From assembly GCA_043228905.1 (NCBI GenBank), contig JBHGNT010000022.1:4092001-4156000 (forward strand): a stretch of 64,000 nucleotides of DNA, read 5' to 3'. The position numbers were made by a program, and so were the translations under genes. This document shows positions 61,774 through 64,000 of this stretch, one piece after another. Within the stretch, counting starts at the first letter, position 1. Every line of letters starts with the position of its first letter. Source of the DNA: Azolla caroliniana. Taxonomy: Eukaryota > Plantae > Polypodiophyta. The notes beneath the pieces are model-generated. The model saw only the letters and a program-made list of their open reading frames with translations. It did no database searches and was not told the DNA's origin.

Positions 61774-64000
61774 ACTCAAGAGAAAGAGATTGATCGTGTT
61801 TGCTCAATTAGAAAAAAGAAAGCCATAAATCTTGTCAACAATATCTCTTTATGTTGTCACATACAAAGATTATGGGATATCAGTATTTGTATATGGTAAT
61901 ACTGTATTAATTATATATAAGAACAATCTACTATGCTAGTTTAATACTACTCTTTCAAATGTATATGAACCAAGGGTTTGGTTAATTCAACATAGATTGG
62001 AGGTTAGTTCAACACGATTGGACACTGATAAGCACATAAGAACACACTAATTCAAGTGCTTGTATAGATTATTGCATCTAGCTTTCTACTGGTGGATTCA
62101 ACATGATCAGAGGTTAAATCAACACGATTGGAGATTATGGCATTAATGAAACTGTATACAGTTGTGTGTCCGAGTGTATAAATAAGCATATTGGAGATTA
62201 TGGCATTGATGAACCGCGGACAGTTGTGCGAGAGAAGTATGCTAATTCAAATGCTCGTGGAGATTATGGCATCTAACTTTCAAGCCTAGAAGAAACACTA
62301 TCGGCTGTGTTGATTGGGAGATTGTGTGAACTCGAGATTCATTTATACTTTCCTCAAATGTCTGGGATCGTGGAATCTGGTGAGGCAAGAAACAATACTC
62401 CATGCAAAGTTTCTTGTTAATCCCCATCATTTGTGTTGTAGTATGTAACATATTGTAAACATGGGTCTTGTGCATTCATCATTTTACAACATGGTTGATG
62501 CTATATAGTATGACTTTAATTCCATCTTGATTGTTTAGGTCCTGCACAACTCGTATGACATTGTTGGATTAATAATGCATGTATATGAAAGAGGGGTTTG
62601 GATTAATGTTTGCTTTTGTGATGTCTCTCTTGCACTGCAGGGTGCCATTTTTTTTTCAAGTAAATGCCATATTATTACATTTGAAGTTGGTTTAATCGAA
62701 AGTTTGTTTTCTCAATTAAATGCCATATTACATTCGAAGATTGGTTTAATCAGAAGTTCTGCATGGGATACATACTGAAGTCTCGGGAAGTTCAGTTTTT
62801 GTCACGTGAGATGCAATGCTGAAGGCTGGTTTGCATAAGTACACACAAGGGTCTTGGGATCTCTTAAATTGCTCATGTGGAAACTTTTAGTATTCTTTCA
62901 ATGTGGTAGTTATAAAAAAGTCTTGGCACTTGAAGTGGGGCACATGTTTGCAATGGAGTCCCAAATTGAGAACCTAATTCTCCTTGTGTTTCGAATAGGA
63001 TTATAGAGAATGATAGTTTATATGAATTGTGTGTTATCGATTAATCTTCACAATTTATAGAGCAACAATGAAACTACATTTCTCGACATTGCATTCAAGA
63101 GAAAAAATTTGTGGCTTATAATCAAATCGTGTGGCTTATAAAGGTGAGGTTAAGGACCTCATCACTGTTGTGAAGCAATTGCTTAACGATATAGAAATAA
63201 ATTCAAATATTTTATCCAATGACATTTTGTGAGGTTCAAACTTATAACCTTCTTGTATATCAAGGACAAGGTATAAACCATTAGGATATTGAGATATTAA
63301 TGAAACACAGCACACGAATAAACTTATACATTTGCATAATTTAATCATTGATTGGAAAGACAATGGCATTCACAAGCTTTAGCATAATTGTATTTGGCTA
63401 GGGTCAATTGAAAAACAAGCCATTGAATGCATATTTATGGATGAATGGTGGTTGTCTACAAGATTATTAAATGCCTTTTCATCTTTTGCATATTTATGTA
63501 GCCACAAAATATATCTATGTGCTATATAAAGGGTTTCTAAGCTTAGTGGGATTGGATATTATCTACTACTATTATAGAGCAAGCGAAATGACAATATTCG
63601 AAAGGTTTACAATGTTTAGTTTGTAGTTATATGTGGAGCATGAAAACTTCGTTGATCCACCTTAGAGTTGTAAAATCGCAAGTCGATGTACAAATAATGA
63701 GTGAGAGTGGTTTGTCAAGTGTTCAAGACTTTTGACAAGAAGAACTTAAAACATATTCACCTGGGGGGTACAATTTTTTTCCTTCCAAAAAAACACTACT
63801 TCGCATTAGTTAGCAAACAATTACATCATAGACCACCAAAAATTCAGCAACCCTTACTCTGGCATTCTCACCAAAGTGGACATAGTCCCCACATCATTTA
63901 CAACAAAAGTATCCACAACTCCTATAACCTAGTAATTTGTACTATATCTATATGTAAAAAGAATGGCGTGCGGAAGCAATAGAAAACCGAACACAGAAAA

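Noticed and set aside
61960-64000. Weak ~60-bp repeats (GGAGATTATGGCAT) and short ORFs
   Set aside because: Too degenerate to assign; no termini, TSD or recognisable domain.

Overview
Eukaryotic DNA, almost certainly from a land plant: the copia elements have tRNA-iMet PBSs, and a Tcn1-like chromovirus suggests a non-seed plant such as a fern or lycophyte (inference). About 58 kb is one deeply nested transposon cluster. A short LINE remnant (pieces at 3303-3661, 41462-42364 and 58373-58690) has been pulled apart by six copia elements, one chromovirus and six solo LTRs; nearly all insertions can be delimited by their target-site duplications (TSDs). The standout is a 10.76-kb cut-and-paste DNA transposon at 15116-25876 (25-bp TIRs, GGG termini, TTAG TSD) with a Sola2-like DDD transposase. 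It also carries a convergent, spliced cargo gene (RING-like finger plus FCP1/NIF-type HAD-like domain), and a palindromic TAGCTAATTAGCTA motif is amplified in its non-coding DNA. Other notable signals: four TGTCGT-ended solo LTRs all inserted at NCGN (CpG-centred) 4-bp targets, a Tf1-type self-priming signature in the chromovirus, and tRNA-like A/B boxes inside LTRs. A small putative host gene lies near 61 kb. All family assignments come from motif recognition by eye; no database searches were run.
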